A stretch of 64,000 nucleotides of DNA, from positions 188,924 to 252,923 of the forward strand of contig OZ244871.1 in the NCBI GenBank assembly GCA_965221105.1, written 5' to 3'. Source of the stretch: Pseudomonadales bacterium. GTDB taxonomy: Bacteria; Pseudomonadota; Gammaproteobacteria; Pseudomonadales; GM7GCV1. Every line of letters begins with the position of its first letter. Position 1 is the stretch's first letter. The notes under the pieces are model-generated. The model made no database searches. It saw nothing but the letters and a program-made list of their open reading frames with translations, and had not been told where the DNA came from. The position numbers and the translations under genes are program-made. This document shows, piece by piece, positions 40,880-49,165 of this stretch.

Positions 40880-41349
40880 ACAGATGCGTTATGTGTGGGG
40901 TGGTAATAGGTCATCGACCCCAATACGCCCCGACAGATGGCTGTAATCATCGCGCTCCATCAGGACCTGCATCAGCTGGTGCTTCAGGCGCCAGCGGCGT
41001 TCTACGAAATCCCCAGGTGCCGGTGAACCGTCATCGCCGAGAGACCTTTCTTATCCTGGGTCATCACATACATCGCCTGAAACCAGACCGTCAATGGCAC
41101 TGTGGTCGACGCCCATATGGTGCCGGCGGTGATCACCGTGTCGATGACAGCGGGTACACTGCTGCAGCGTTCGTTCCGACAGCTGGCAGCAGCTGTCATG
41201 ACCACAATGGGGGCATCGAACCCCCTGCGGGCACCGCCAGGCGTAGAGTGCATCGACACGTTGATCCTCGGTGGATTCTCGGTGCCATACTGTTCAAGAC
41301 ATTCACTCACACTCAGGCCTGTGTAAACCTGAACTGGAGTGTGGGCCAT
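40880..41349 (-). pseudogene. IS1595-family transposase N-terminal fragment (frameshifted)
   Basis: ..VITAGTIWASTTVPLTVWFQAMYVMTQDKKGLSAMTVHRHLGIS.. then ..RRWRLKHQLMQVLMERD.. in another frame. A paralogous stub lies at 63111-63305. Confidence 0.6.
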
Positions 41350-41466
41350 GGTCTGTTCCTGTGGGCATCAAGAAGAGATGCTACACATGCATGCAAAAGA
41401 ACAGAGCTTGACAAAAATGGTAATGAGGTAATTTTATGATCGGACTATCAATAATAGGAGAATATC

Positions 41467-43122
41467 GTGTCTCATAAAAAAAAGCGCGAATGTCTGTCTG
41501 TCCCCCAGTGGTGGAGGGAAGTTGTTGTGAGGAGTCAACAGCCAAGTGCAAGCGATACAGTGTGTATTGAGGAAGGGCGGGTCATCAGCGTGCGCGAACT
41601 TGACGAAAGATCAGCTAATTTGGCTCGAGGACTACTGTGCACGGGCGCCCAAAAAGGATCTCGAATCGGGATTCTTTTCCCTAATTGCCTGGACTGGATA
41701 GTCAGCTGGTTGGCGGTGCAGAGGATCGGCGGCATAGCTGTCTTAATGAGTACTTTTAGCTCACCTCGGGAGTTGGCGTACACACTTTCCCATGCGGACG
41801 TATTTATGCTGCTTGCAACACAAAAATACTTGAACAATGACTATGCAGAACGATTGCAAACAGCCATACCTGAGCTCAGTGAATGTGGGGATGAGCTTCA
41901 TTTGTCCAATTGTCCGTATCTTCGCAGTATTTGGATCGATGCGGAAAAAAGCTGGAGCAGAGGAACACTTGCGGATCTTGAGGATTTAGGTGCTGAGAAT
42001 GATCAATGTTCCGGGCAGCTGCTTGAACACATAGAAGCCAATGTTTCTCCTGCTGATTTGAGTGTACTGCTGTATACGTCGGGGAGCACATCATTACCAA
42101 AAGCTGTGTTACATACTCAGTTTACGGTTGTGGACATGCCACGCTTCCTTTCTGAGTCTGGAGCGATGATTCCTTTCGAGCAGACAGCTGGCGATCGGTC
42201 ATTGATTACGAACCCGTACTTCTGGGTAGGTGGGTTCATAGCCATGATTGGCACTATAGAAAACGGTGCCACTGTTGTTTGTCAGCGCGACCTTTCTCCC
42301 GCGGGTTGTTTACGTGCTATTCAGAGCGGTGAAGTGAACAGCGTGAGCGGTAATATGAACTTTGTCCGAGCGATGCTGGATCTACCCAATTATCGCGAGG
42401 GTGATTTCGACGCGCTTAAGCCACAAAATGCCCTTCAGCTGGGCTATTTTGATCCGGACTACAATCATATCCAATCAGCTAGTTTGGCCATGACTGAGAC
42501 CTTTGGACCTCATACAGGTGTTGAAAAGAAAACGGACTATCTTAAGCTTTTTGGCAATGCGCTTGGGGTGCCATTAGGAGATATGCAGACAAAGATTGTC
42601 GACCCTGAAAGTGGCATTGAGCTTGAAGCAGGCATTAAAGGCGAGCTGTGCGTCAGGGGCAATTGGTTAATGGAGGGATTCTACAAGCGATTAAGACACG
42701 AAGTATTTGACGCCGACGGGTACTATCATACTGGCGATGAATGTGAGTTGGATGAAGCGAATTGTCTGTATTTTCATGCACGTCTGGGCTCGATGATTAA
42801 AACACGTGGTGCCAATGTTTCACCCCTAGAAGTAGAGGCGGCGCTGTTGGGAATCGAAGGGGTCGTCGAAACAGCTGTGCTCGGTTTGAAAGATGAAGCT
42901 GCTGGACAAAAAGTTGTTGCCGTAATTGCGAAGGGGCAGGCTCAGATGCTTGAAGTCGATACGATACGCCGCCATTTACTGGGCGAGTTATCGGCTTTTA
43001 AGGTACCGAAAGAATTTTACTTCGTCGATCGCGAAGATTTGCCACGCACTCCAAGTCAGAAAATTAAAAAGCCCGAACTGATTTCGATGATTGAGCGGGG
43101 GGAGCTTGTCGCGGCACAATAG
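41467..43122 (+). CDS. AMP-dependent synthetase/ligase (acyl-CoA synthetase family)
   Basis: LLYTSGSTSLPKAVLHT and YHTGDECE..., RLGSMIKTRGANVSP are present, with a C-terminal ..PRTPSQKIKK. GTG start. Confidence 0.85.
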   Translation: MSHKKKRECLSVPQWWREVVVRSQQPSASDTVCIEEGRVISVRELDERSANLARGLLCTGAQKGSRIGILFPNCLDWIVSWLAVQRIGGIAVLMSTFSSPRELAYTLSHADVFMLLATQKYLNNDYAERLQTAIPELSECGDELHLSNCPYLRSIWIDAEKSWSRGTLADLEDLGAENDQCSGQLLEHIEANVSPADLSVLLYTSGSTSLPKAVLHTQFTVVDMPRFLSESGAMIPFEQTAGDRSLITNPYFWVGGFIAMIGTIENGATVVCQRDLSPAGCLRAIQSGEVNSVSGNMNFVRAMLDLPNYREGDFDALKPQNALQLGYFDPDYNHIQSASLAMTETFGPHTGVEKKTDYLKLFGNALGVPLGDMQTKIVDPESGIELEAGIKGELCVRGNWLMEGFYKRLRHEVFDADGYYHTGDECELDEANCLYFHARLGSMIKTRGANVSPLEVEAALLGIEGVVETAVLGLKDEAAGQKVVAVIAKGQAQMLEVDTIRRHLLGELSAFKVPKEFYFVDREDLPRTPSQKIKKPELISMIERGELVAAQ

Positions 43123-43129
43123 TCTTATG

Positions 43130-43195
43130 GTAACTACTCACCCCCTTGGCATCATAGGGAAGCGGTTCTATGATGTCAAGGGGGTGAGTAGTTAC
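43130..43195. mobile_element. 66-bp minimal MITE of the IS66-like family (two IRs back to back)
   Basis: GTAACTACTCACCCCCTTGGCATCATAG-10 nt-CTATGATGTCAAGGGGGTGAGTAGTTAC. It starts 8 bp after the synthetase stop codon. Confidence 0.85.
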
Positions 43196-43227
43196 ACCGT
43201 AATTTCCTTTACTAACATTCGTCATGC

Positions 43228-43273
43228 CCGCTTGCAGCATTTCTATCTGCAACATCAGCCCTGGTTGTTTAAG
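43228..43273 (+). repeat. 46-bp hairpin-containing repeat, copy 1
   Basis: CCGCTTGCAGCATTTCTATCTGCAACATCAGCCCTGGTTGTTTAAG (stem TTGCAG/CTGCAA). The second copy is at 47691-47736. Confidence 0.8.
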
Positions 43274-43291
43274 TATTTGTGAAAAAAATTA

Positions 43292-43338
43292 GGCAGTAGC
43301 GCGGATGCCGAAAGCATCTGCCAGCTTATTTTTTTTGC
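43292..43338 (+). terminator. Possible intrinsic terminator
   Basis: An imperfect GC-rich hairpin (GGCA..GATGC-CGAAA-GCATC-TGCC) is followed after 8 nt by T8. Confidence 0.3.
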
Positions 43339-43793
43339 CTGTGCGAAAAACCAGAAACGTTAGACAGCTTATACAGTCCGTGGCTCACAACCGTAGCGAA
43401 TCGTCTGTGAATCGACCATTTGCGGCATCAGGAGTGCGTGCGTAAAAAGCTGGAGCTGCTACACCCACCACCTGCGAATCACCCAGAGTCTGAAACGGAA
43501 TTTGAGTCTCGCGTTATCGCAACAACCACGTTTGCTTTGCCACACAAGACCGGATAAACAGCTCGCCAATCAACAAACATTGAAGGCCATCAACACCCGA
43601 TTACAGTCACTACCCGCCAACGCCAGCAGTATCCTTAATAGGTTACCGTTTACACGACCAAACTGGCCCACAACTGTCACAGCACTAAGATGTCTCCATT
43701 ACAACCGTACGAAACCACTTGCGGGATGCTTCAAAGAAGCTATCTGATTTAGCGGCTTCTATTTGATGGCTTTGGCAGGCTGATCTTTTGCGT

Positions 43794-44195
43794 TTAGGGA
43801 TCCACCCAGTTTTCGAGAATAAGGTTACCCACTCGTTTGAATTCTTTAATATCATTGCTTACGAGTGTATGGCCGAGAGATCGAGCATGGGCAGCAATCC
43901 ACAAATCGTTATTGCCGATAAGCGTGCCTCTTGCTGCCAGATCAGCCCTAATATCTGCGTACTCTTTAGCAACATCTAAACCAGCAGGCAGTACTGGAAT
44001 ATAATTGACCAGCTCTTCAAGTATATTAAGGGCTTTCTTTGAATTATTGCTCCTTAAAGCGCCATATTCGAGTTCACCGTAGGTAACAAGCGACATGGCA
44101 ACTGACCCAATCGAGAGCTTCTCGAACTTTTCAAAAACGGATACCGGTTTCTTTTTAATGATATAGATACAGATGTTGGTATCCAGCATATACAT
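43794..44195 (-). CDS. vapC: PIN-domain toxin VapC
   Basis: MLDTNICIY..., GELEYG, GNNDLWIAAHA and LVSND acidic/PIN motifs are present. It lies 2 bp downstream of vapB. Confidence 0.9.
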   Translation of the reverse strand: MYMLDTNICIYIIKKKPVSVFEKFEKLSIGSVAMSLVTYGELEYGALRSNNSKKALNILEELVNYIPVLPAGLDVAKEYADIRADLAARGTLIGNNDLWIAAHARSLGHTLVSNDIKEFKRVGNLILENWVDP

Positions 44196-44197
44196 AA

Positions 44198-44425
44198 TTA
44201 GAAATCCTCCCTTTCTTGCGGACGGGAATCCTTCCGGCCGTTTTCCATAAAATCATTAGGCATCTCACAGATGAGTTTAAAAGCCGAACCCAGACTTTTC
44301 GGTTTGGGCTTCAGAATGACTTCATCGCCCCGTTTGAAAATCTCGAGTTCGGCAACATCAAAACGGAACTCTTTTGGGATTCTTACAGCTTGGCTGTTTC
44401 CAGACTGAAAAATTTTCGCTTTCAT
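44198..44425 (-). CDS. vapB: AbrB/SpoVT-type antitoxin VapB
   Basis: FQSGNSQAVRIPKEFRF motif. Confidence 0.9.
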   Translation of the reverse strand: MKAKIFQSGNSQAVRIPKEFRFDVAELEIFKRGDEVILKPKPKSLGSAFKLICEMPNDFMENGRKDSRPQEREDF

Positions 44426-44524
44426 TTTTTACCCTCCTTTTTTCGATATGTATATACATAGAAGTATATACGCTAAAAAACTGGCGTCAACTTAAGGCTG
44501 CGATTTTCTAATACAAAAAAAACC

Positions 44525-45010
44525 GTAACTACTCGCCCCCCTCTCCTGCTTGATCATCGTGGCGGCGGTGCCGTTGAGTGCGATCTGGATGGCGGTCAGC
44601 GGATTGTAGCCCTGGTGGGCCATGGACTGGAGGGAGCTGGAGATTCGGCAGTGGGCCTGGGCGTGACGGAGGGTTCGGAAGCACCCGGAGACTGTCTGCT
44701 TGACCTTGTCCATGCAGATATCGCGCTCGGAGCGGGTGTTGGTGAACGGGGTGTCGGGGTCGCGGTCGCGGTCGCGGGCGAAGCGCAGCACCTCGGCGTT
44801 GGACTTGGCGATGCGCCCGCGCTGTCCGTCGAGGCGGGCAAGGGTCTTGGGAAGTTCCCGTATGGACTGGGTGAGGATGGTTCGGTCGCGCGTGCGCACG
44901 GCCGTGAAGGCTGCCTCGTCGAGAGCCGTGGCGTCGAGTTCACTGACCCTTCGGCAGGTTCCGTTCAGGAACCAGTCCACTCCTGAATCGCGCCCTGAAC
45001 CGGGCTGACA
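44525..45010 (-). mobile_element. IS66-like right-end fragment with the transposase C-terminal ~150 codons (inverted orientation)
   Basis: ..LARLDGQRGRIAKSNAEVLRFARD..PFTNTRSERDICMDKVKQTVSGCFRTLRHAQAHCRISSSLQSMAHQGYNPLTAIQIALNGTAATMIKQERG, ending in the IR at 44525. Confidence 0.8.
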
Positions 45011-45099
45011 CCCCCCTGTCCTCGACAGATGCTGAAGCACAATGGATGTCTGGTGAGTGCTGTCTGAAATCACATATACAAGAATGGCATATTGAAAGA

Positions 45100-45444
45100 T
45101 CCCCGGACCCCGATCATCCTTCCGCGCCCCGTAGCTTCGAAGCAGCGAAAAAGCACTGGTTGAAATCAGTAACCAATATGAAGAAGAATGAGCTTGGCCT
45201 GCTAAAGTGGGATATTCTGCAGTCATCCCACAATCCACTGATTTTTTACTGTGTGGAAGAATTTGTCGATCAGGCGGCGATTAAGTTTCATCTGCAGCAA
45301 GACTACGTCAAACAAGCGGTTGAGGATGTCAATACGACAGCCGGAGTGCAGAAAACAGTTTTGTCGGTAATACTCGCACCAAGTTCAATAATCTATCTGC
45401 GGGATATGGAGGTCACTTATCATTTATTATCGACCAGCAGATAA
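45100..45444 (+). pseudogene. ABM (antibiotic-biosynthesis-monooxygenase)-like protein, probably 5'-truncated
   Basis: ..KKNELGLLKWDILQSSHNPLIFYCVEEFVDQAAIKFHLQQDYVK.. The first beta-strand region is replaced by IS-derived sequence. Confidence 0.3.
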
Positions 45445-45790
45445 TTGGAGATATGGCCTGACATTCAGAAGCGAAGTCGATATGGAACTTGACGGTGATC
45501 TGGCCTTTGGTGAGAGCGAAATCGAGATGTCTCTCGAGTTGACCATGGGGTGATCCGTTGAACTGCTCATTGCCCATTCACTGTCGCCGAAGTTGAACTT
45601 GGCCACCTCTGCATCGAATCGTTACTGGGGGCGGACTGATACCTTTAGGATCGGCTCCTAGGTGATTCCTGCAGGCCCGAAAATAGTTGGGTTCTCTTCT
45701 GTGTGGATGGAATATATGGACTCAACCGCCGAACTGCACTATGTGTACCTGATGTTCTGGCCCACCAGCATTGATACAACAACCGTGCAG

Positions 45791-46080
45791 GCGCTGTTGG
45801 GAATCGAAGGAGTCGTCGAAACAGCTGTGCTCGGCTTGAAAGATGTAGCTGCTGGACAAAAAGTTGTTGCCGTAATTGCGAAGGGGCAGGCTCAGATGCT
45901 TGAAGTCGATACGATACGCCGTCATTTGCTGGGCGAGTTATCGGCTTTTAAGGTACCCAAAGAATTTTACTTCGTCGATCGCGAAGATTTGCCACGCACG
46001 CCAAGTCAGAAAATTAAAAAGCCCGAACTGATTTCGATGATTGAGCGGGGGGGAGCTTGTCGCGGCACAATAGTCTTATG
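45791..46080 (+). pseudogene. Duplicated 3' end (last ~95 codons) of the acyl-CoA synthetase gene
   Basis: It is near-identical to 42841-43122. One extra G in the run at 46047-46053 shifts the last codons. Confidence 0.9.
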
Positions 46081-46147
46081 GTAACTACTCGCCCCCTTGA
46101 CATCATAGAAAGGCGGTTCTATGATTTAAAGGGGGGTGAGTAGTTAC
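46081..46147. mobile_element. 67-bp minimal MITE of the IS66-like family (duplicate of 43130-43195)
   Basis: It has the same structure and the same flanks as the 43130 copy. Confidence 0.85.
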
Positions 46148-46276
46148 ACCGTAATTTACTAACATTCGTCATGCCCACGAAGGCGGGCATCCAGTACTGT
46201 GCGCTTATCCTCAATATGCATACTCTCAACAGCGCTGTAACTGGCAAAATCAAAGTGGCATAGCAAGGGAGGCTAT

Positions 46277-47272
46277 ATGACCAACCCTATTGGAATTTAT
46301 CAGACTGAGAGTGGTGAGACGACTTTAGAGGTCAAGCTAGACCAGGATACGGTTTGGCTGACCCAGGCTCAAATGTCTGAGTTGTTTGATGTTAAGCCCC
46401 AAAATATCACCATGCATCTTAAAAATATCTATGCAGAACAAGAGCTTGTGGAATCGGCAACCTGTAAGGATTTCTTACAAGTTCAAACAGAGGGTGAGAG
46501 AAAAGTCAGCCGGAAGCGAAAGCACTATAGTTTAGATGCGATTATTTCTGTTGGTTATCGGGTAAATTCGTCGCAGGCTACACAATTCCGTATTTGGGCC
46601 ACTCAAGTTTTGAAGAGGCATTTGGTTGAGGGTTATACCCTGAATCAACAGCGGTTGGCACAACGTGGCGTTGAAATGGAGCAAGCACTAAGCTTGTTAT
46701 CGTCTACCTTAGAGAACCAACAGCTAATTCAGCAAGAAGGTTTAACTGTTATCAGCGTGATTACCGAATACGCTCGCAGTTGGAGCCTGTTGCAGGCTTA
46801 CGACGAGCAATCCCTGAGTGAAAGCCGTCAAAAACAAACTGAGATGCAGCCGCTGAATATGGATGATATTCTGCCTGCTATCGCTGACTTGAAAAAGGAA
46901 CTGATGGACAAAGGTGAAGCGACCGAGTTATTTGGCCAGTTGCGCGGTGACGGTTTGGCTTCCGCCATTGGCACTATTGAGCAGGGGTTTGGTGGCGAGC
47001 TGTTTTACCCCAATGTGGCCAGCCGGGCAGCAAACCTACTGTACCTGGTGATTAAAAACCACCCTCTAGCCGATGGTAACAAGCGAACTGGCTCGTTCCT
47101 GTTTTTGTGGTATTTGCGTTTGCATCAGGGTTTATTAGCTAAACCTGTCGAGCAGCTTGTTAATGACAATACACTTGTGGCACTGGCCTTGCTGGTGGCA
47201 GAAAGTCAACCGGATCAAAAAGAATTAATGATCCGGTTAATTGAGCATTTTATTGAGCTAAAAGCTGAATAG
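46277..47272 (+). CDS. RhuM-like N-terminal domain fused to a Fic/Doc domain
   Basis: ..LDAIISVGYRVNSSQATQFRIWATQVLK.. (RhuM-type) and ..HPLADGNKRTGSF.. (Fic/Doc motif). Confidence 0.8.
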   Translation: MTNPIGIYQTESGETTLEVKLDQDTVWLTQAQMSELFDVKPQNITMHLKNIYAEQELVESATCKDFLQVQTEGERKVSRKRKHYSLDAIISVGYRVNSSQATQFRIWATQVLKRHLVEGYTLNQQRLAQRGVEMEQALSLLSSTLENQQLIQQEGLTVISVITEYARSWSLLQAYDEQSLSESRQKQTEMQPLNMDDILPAIADLKKELMDKGEATELFGQLRGDGLASAIGTIEQGFGGELFYPNVASRAANLLYLVIKNHPLADGNKRTGSFLFLWYLRLHQGLLAKPVEQLVNDNTLVALALLVAESQPDQKELMIRLIEHFIELKAE

Positions 47273-47274
47273 GA

Positions 47275-47637
47275 GTGACGTCTAGATGGTCAACCAACCA
47301 AACAAACGAACAGGCTCTGGAACAAGCCATTCAGCTTGCGCTGACCGGGCGCAGTATCGAATCGGTTAAAGAAGGGCAGAAAGAAGAGCAAAAAGGAGGC
47401 GCTGTAAGTGAAACCCCGGCTGACTATGTGGTGGAAAATAATGGTTTCAAGCTGGGTTTGCCCACGGACTTTAAGCTGCAATATGCGCTGGATGAAAAAT
47501 TCTTCTGGCAATTTTTTGAAAATACTCAGGAGGATGAGCTTGAGAAAATTCAGCGTAATAACCTCAATGACTGGCAGCTTTGCCCCGGTTCGGGTGGCAT
47601 CCTTCAGCGCCTTCGCGGGTATGACAACACCATTTAA
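47275..47637 (+). pseudogene. hsdR: Type I restriction R-subunit N-terminal stub (different family from 19496)
   Basis: ..TNEQALEQAIQLALTG...FKLGLPTDFKLQYALDEKFFWQFFENTQEDELEKIQ.. There is no helicase region, and unrelated sequence follows after ~100 codons. Confidence 0.45.
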
Positions 47638-47690
47638 ACCATGCCATTATCAACACCTTCCAGAGCAAAGCCATTACAGCCGAATGATGT

Positions 47691-47736
47691 CCGCTTGCAG
47701 CATTTCTATCTGCAACATCAGCCCTAGTTGTTTAAG
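47691..47736 (+). repeat. 46-bp hairpin-containing repeat, copy 2
   Basis: CCGCTTGCAGCATTTCTATCTGCAACATCAGCCCTAGTTGTTTAAG. Confidence 0.8.
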
Positions 47737-47917
47737 CAGACCCCCCTATTAAAATGTCCCGGGCTCCAGTGTTTTTCCAGAAATGATCGAGAGCATCGCG
47801 TTCAGCACATGAGGATTCTTCCCATAGATGGTGATGTGGATCGATGATTGAGCGCTCAGGATTCAAAGCGGTTTCCTCTTGCACGCTCAGCCAATGTGTT
47901 GGTGAATCTGGGCTCAT
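47732..47917 (-). pseudogene. Amidohydrolase-family N-terminal stub
   Basis: ..NPERSIIDPHHHLWE.. Only ~60 codons remain. Confidence 0.35.
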
Positions 47918-47983
47918 GGGAAAATGGATGGTCTGCTGTGTGTACGCTAACTGTTTGGCAGCAGATACTCGTTTGCGAGACCG

Positions 47984-48745
47984 CTATTCAATTCCCGCCT
48001 TTTTCAAAGCCTCTGCCAAAATCGGCACTCCCACAGCCATGGATTGGTGGCTAATTGATGAGGTCAGAATCAATGTTTCAATAATATCCTGGCGGGTCGC
48101 ACCTGCATCAAGTGCTGCTTCTATATGAATCTCTGCTCCGGAAGTCATCATTAAGGTACAGGAGCTATCGTATCCAATGATCATTAACTCGATCAAACGA
48201 TCGGATAATACCTTGAGGTTATTATTTCTTCTGAAGCTATCTATAAGTGATGCAGCGTATTCCGGGTCCATACGGTAAAACGCAGCCATTGGTGCCAGCG
48301 TGGGCTTGCCTTCGAAATTGGCTTTGAGAAGCTCGAATGCCGACTCCGACTCTTCATCGAGTAAATTGCGTTCTTCCATAACACGTATGAAGCCCGGAGC
48401 GTTAGTGCTAAATGTATGAAAACCAACCCCTGAGCTTAGATGCAATGCAGCTAGGATTTCGGCCTTACTTGCGCCAAATTCCAGTGCACGAGGAATATGT
48501 GTTTTTAGGCCGTCAACAGATAATGTGGAAATTGCAGCATTAACCACAATTAGAATAAGTTCGCGTTCTTTGGGTGTTAATGAGCCATTTTCCCAAGGGT
48601 AGCTTAAGTTAAATAGAATATAGGGGAAGTATTCGGGCGCGTTGTCCAACACTGTTTTCCACATGGACGGAAGTGCAAGCCCACCGGTTTTTTCAATATA
48701 GGCTTGTTCTAACGCATTTATATCGATGTCGTCGCTACTGATCAT
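47984..48745 (-). CDS. Carboxymuconolactone decarboxylase (CMD/AhpD-like) family protein, two-domain form
   Basis: 253 aa with ..LTPKERELILIVVNAAI.. and a second ..LSDRLIELMIIGYDSS.. repeat. Confidence 0.65.
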   Translation of the reverse strand: MISSDDIDINALEQAYIEKTGGLALPSMWKTVLDNAPEYFPYILFNLSYPWENGSLTPKERELILIVVNAAISTLSVDGLKTHIPRALEFGASKAEILAALHLSSGVGFHTFSTNAPGFIRVMEERNLLDEESESAFELLKANFEGKPTLAPMAAFYRMDPEYAASLIDSFRRNNNLKVLSDRLIELMIIGYDSSCTLMMTSGAEIHIEAALDAGATRQDIIETLILTSSISHQSMAVGVPILAEALKKAGIE

Positions 48746-49165
48746 TGTTCTTCAGGCAGTGTCTGTTCTATTTAAGTACTTTAATAGCTTATACCAAGGC
48801 CATCTTAGTTGCCTATTGCGTCACTATGGGTCGCGTAGGTGCGGGTGAAAGAAAATCATAACTGCAAAGGGTATCAGCAGGCCGCAATTGAGCCAGAAGG
48901 GCCGATTCATTGGCAATTGGAGGCACGACCGAGAATAGCGCTGCTCCTCCAATGCTAATACACATTGAAGAGAGGAACAGCAGCGCAAAATGAAGTTTGG
49001 CTAGCGGCTCGATACTTGTTTCGATGGCACCGGGTCATAGGTGCTCATACAATTCCATCTTGATTCAGTTGGGCGTTGTGATGTGCGGGGGTTGCACCAG
49101 ATAGAGGCAACGGCAGTCCAGCGTTACTGCACTTTCTGCCGCTGATTAAATCTTTCGGTCTCTTA

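Noticed and set aside
43228-47736. Integron attC sites / gene cassettes (46-bp hairpin repeat ending GTTGTTTAAG)
   Set aside because: Only two copies are present and no intI gene is in the window. The ends fit the R''/R' core sites (RYYYAAC/GTTRRRY) poorly.
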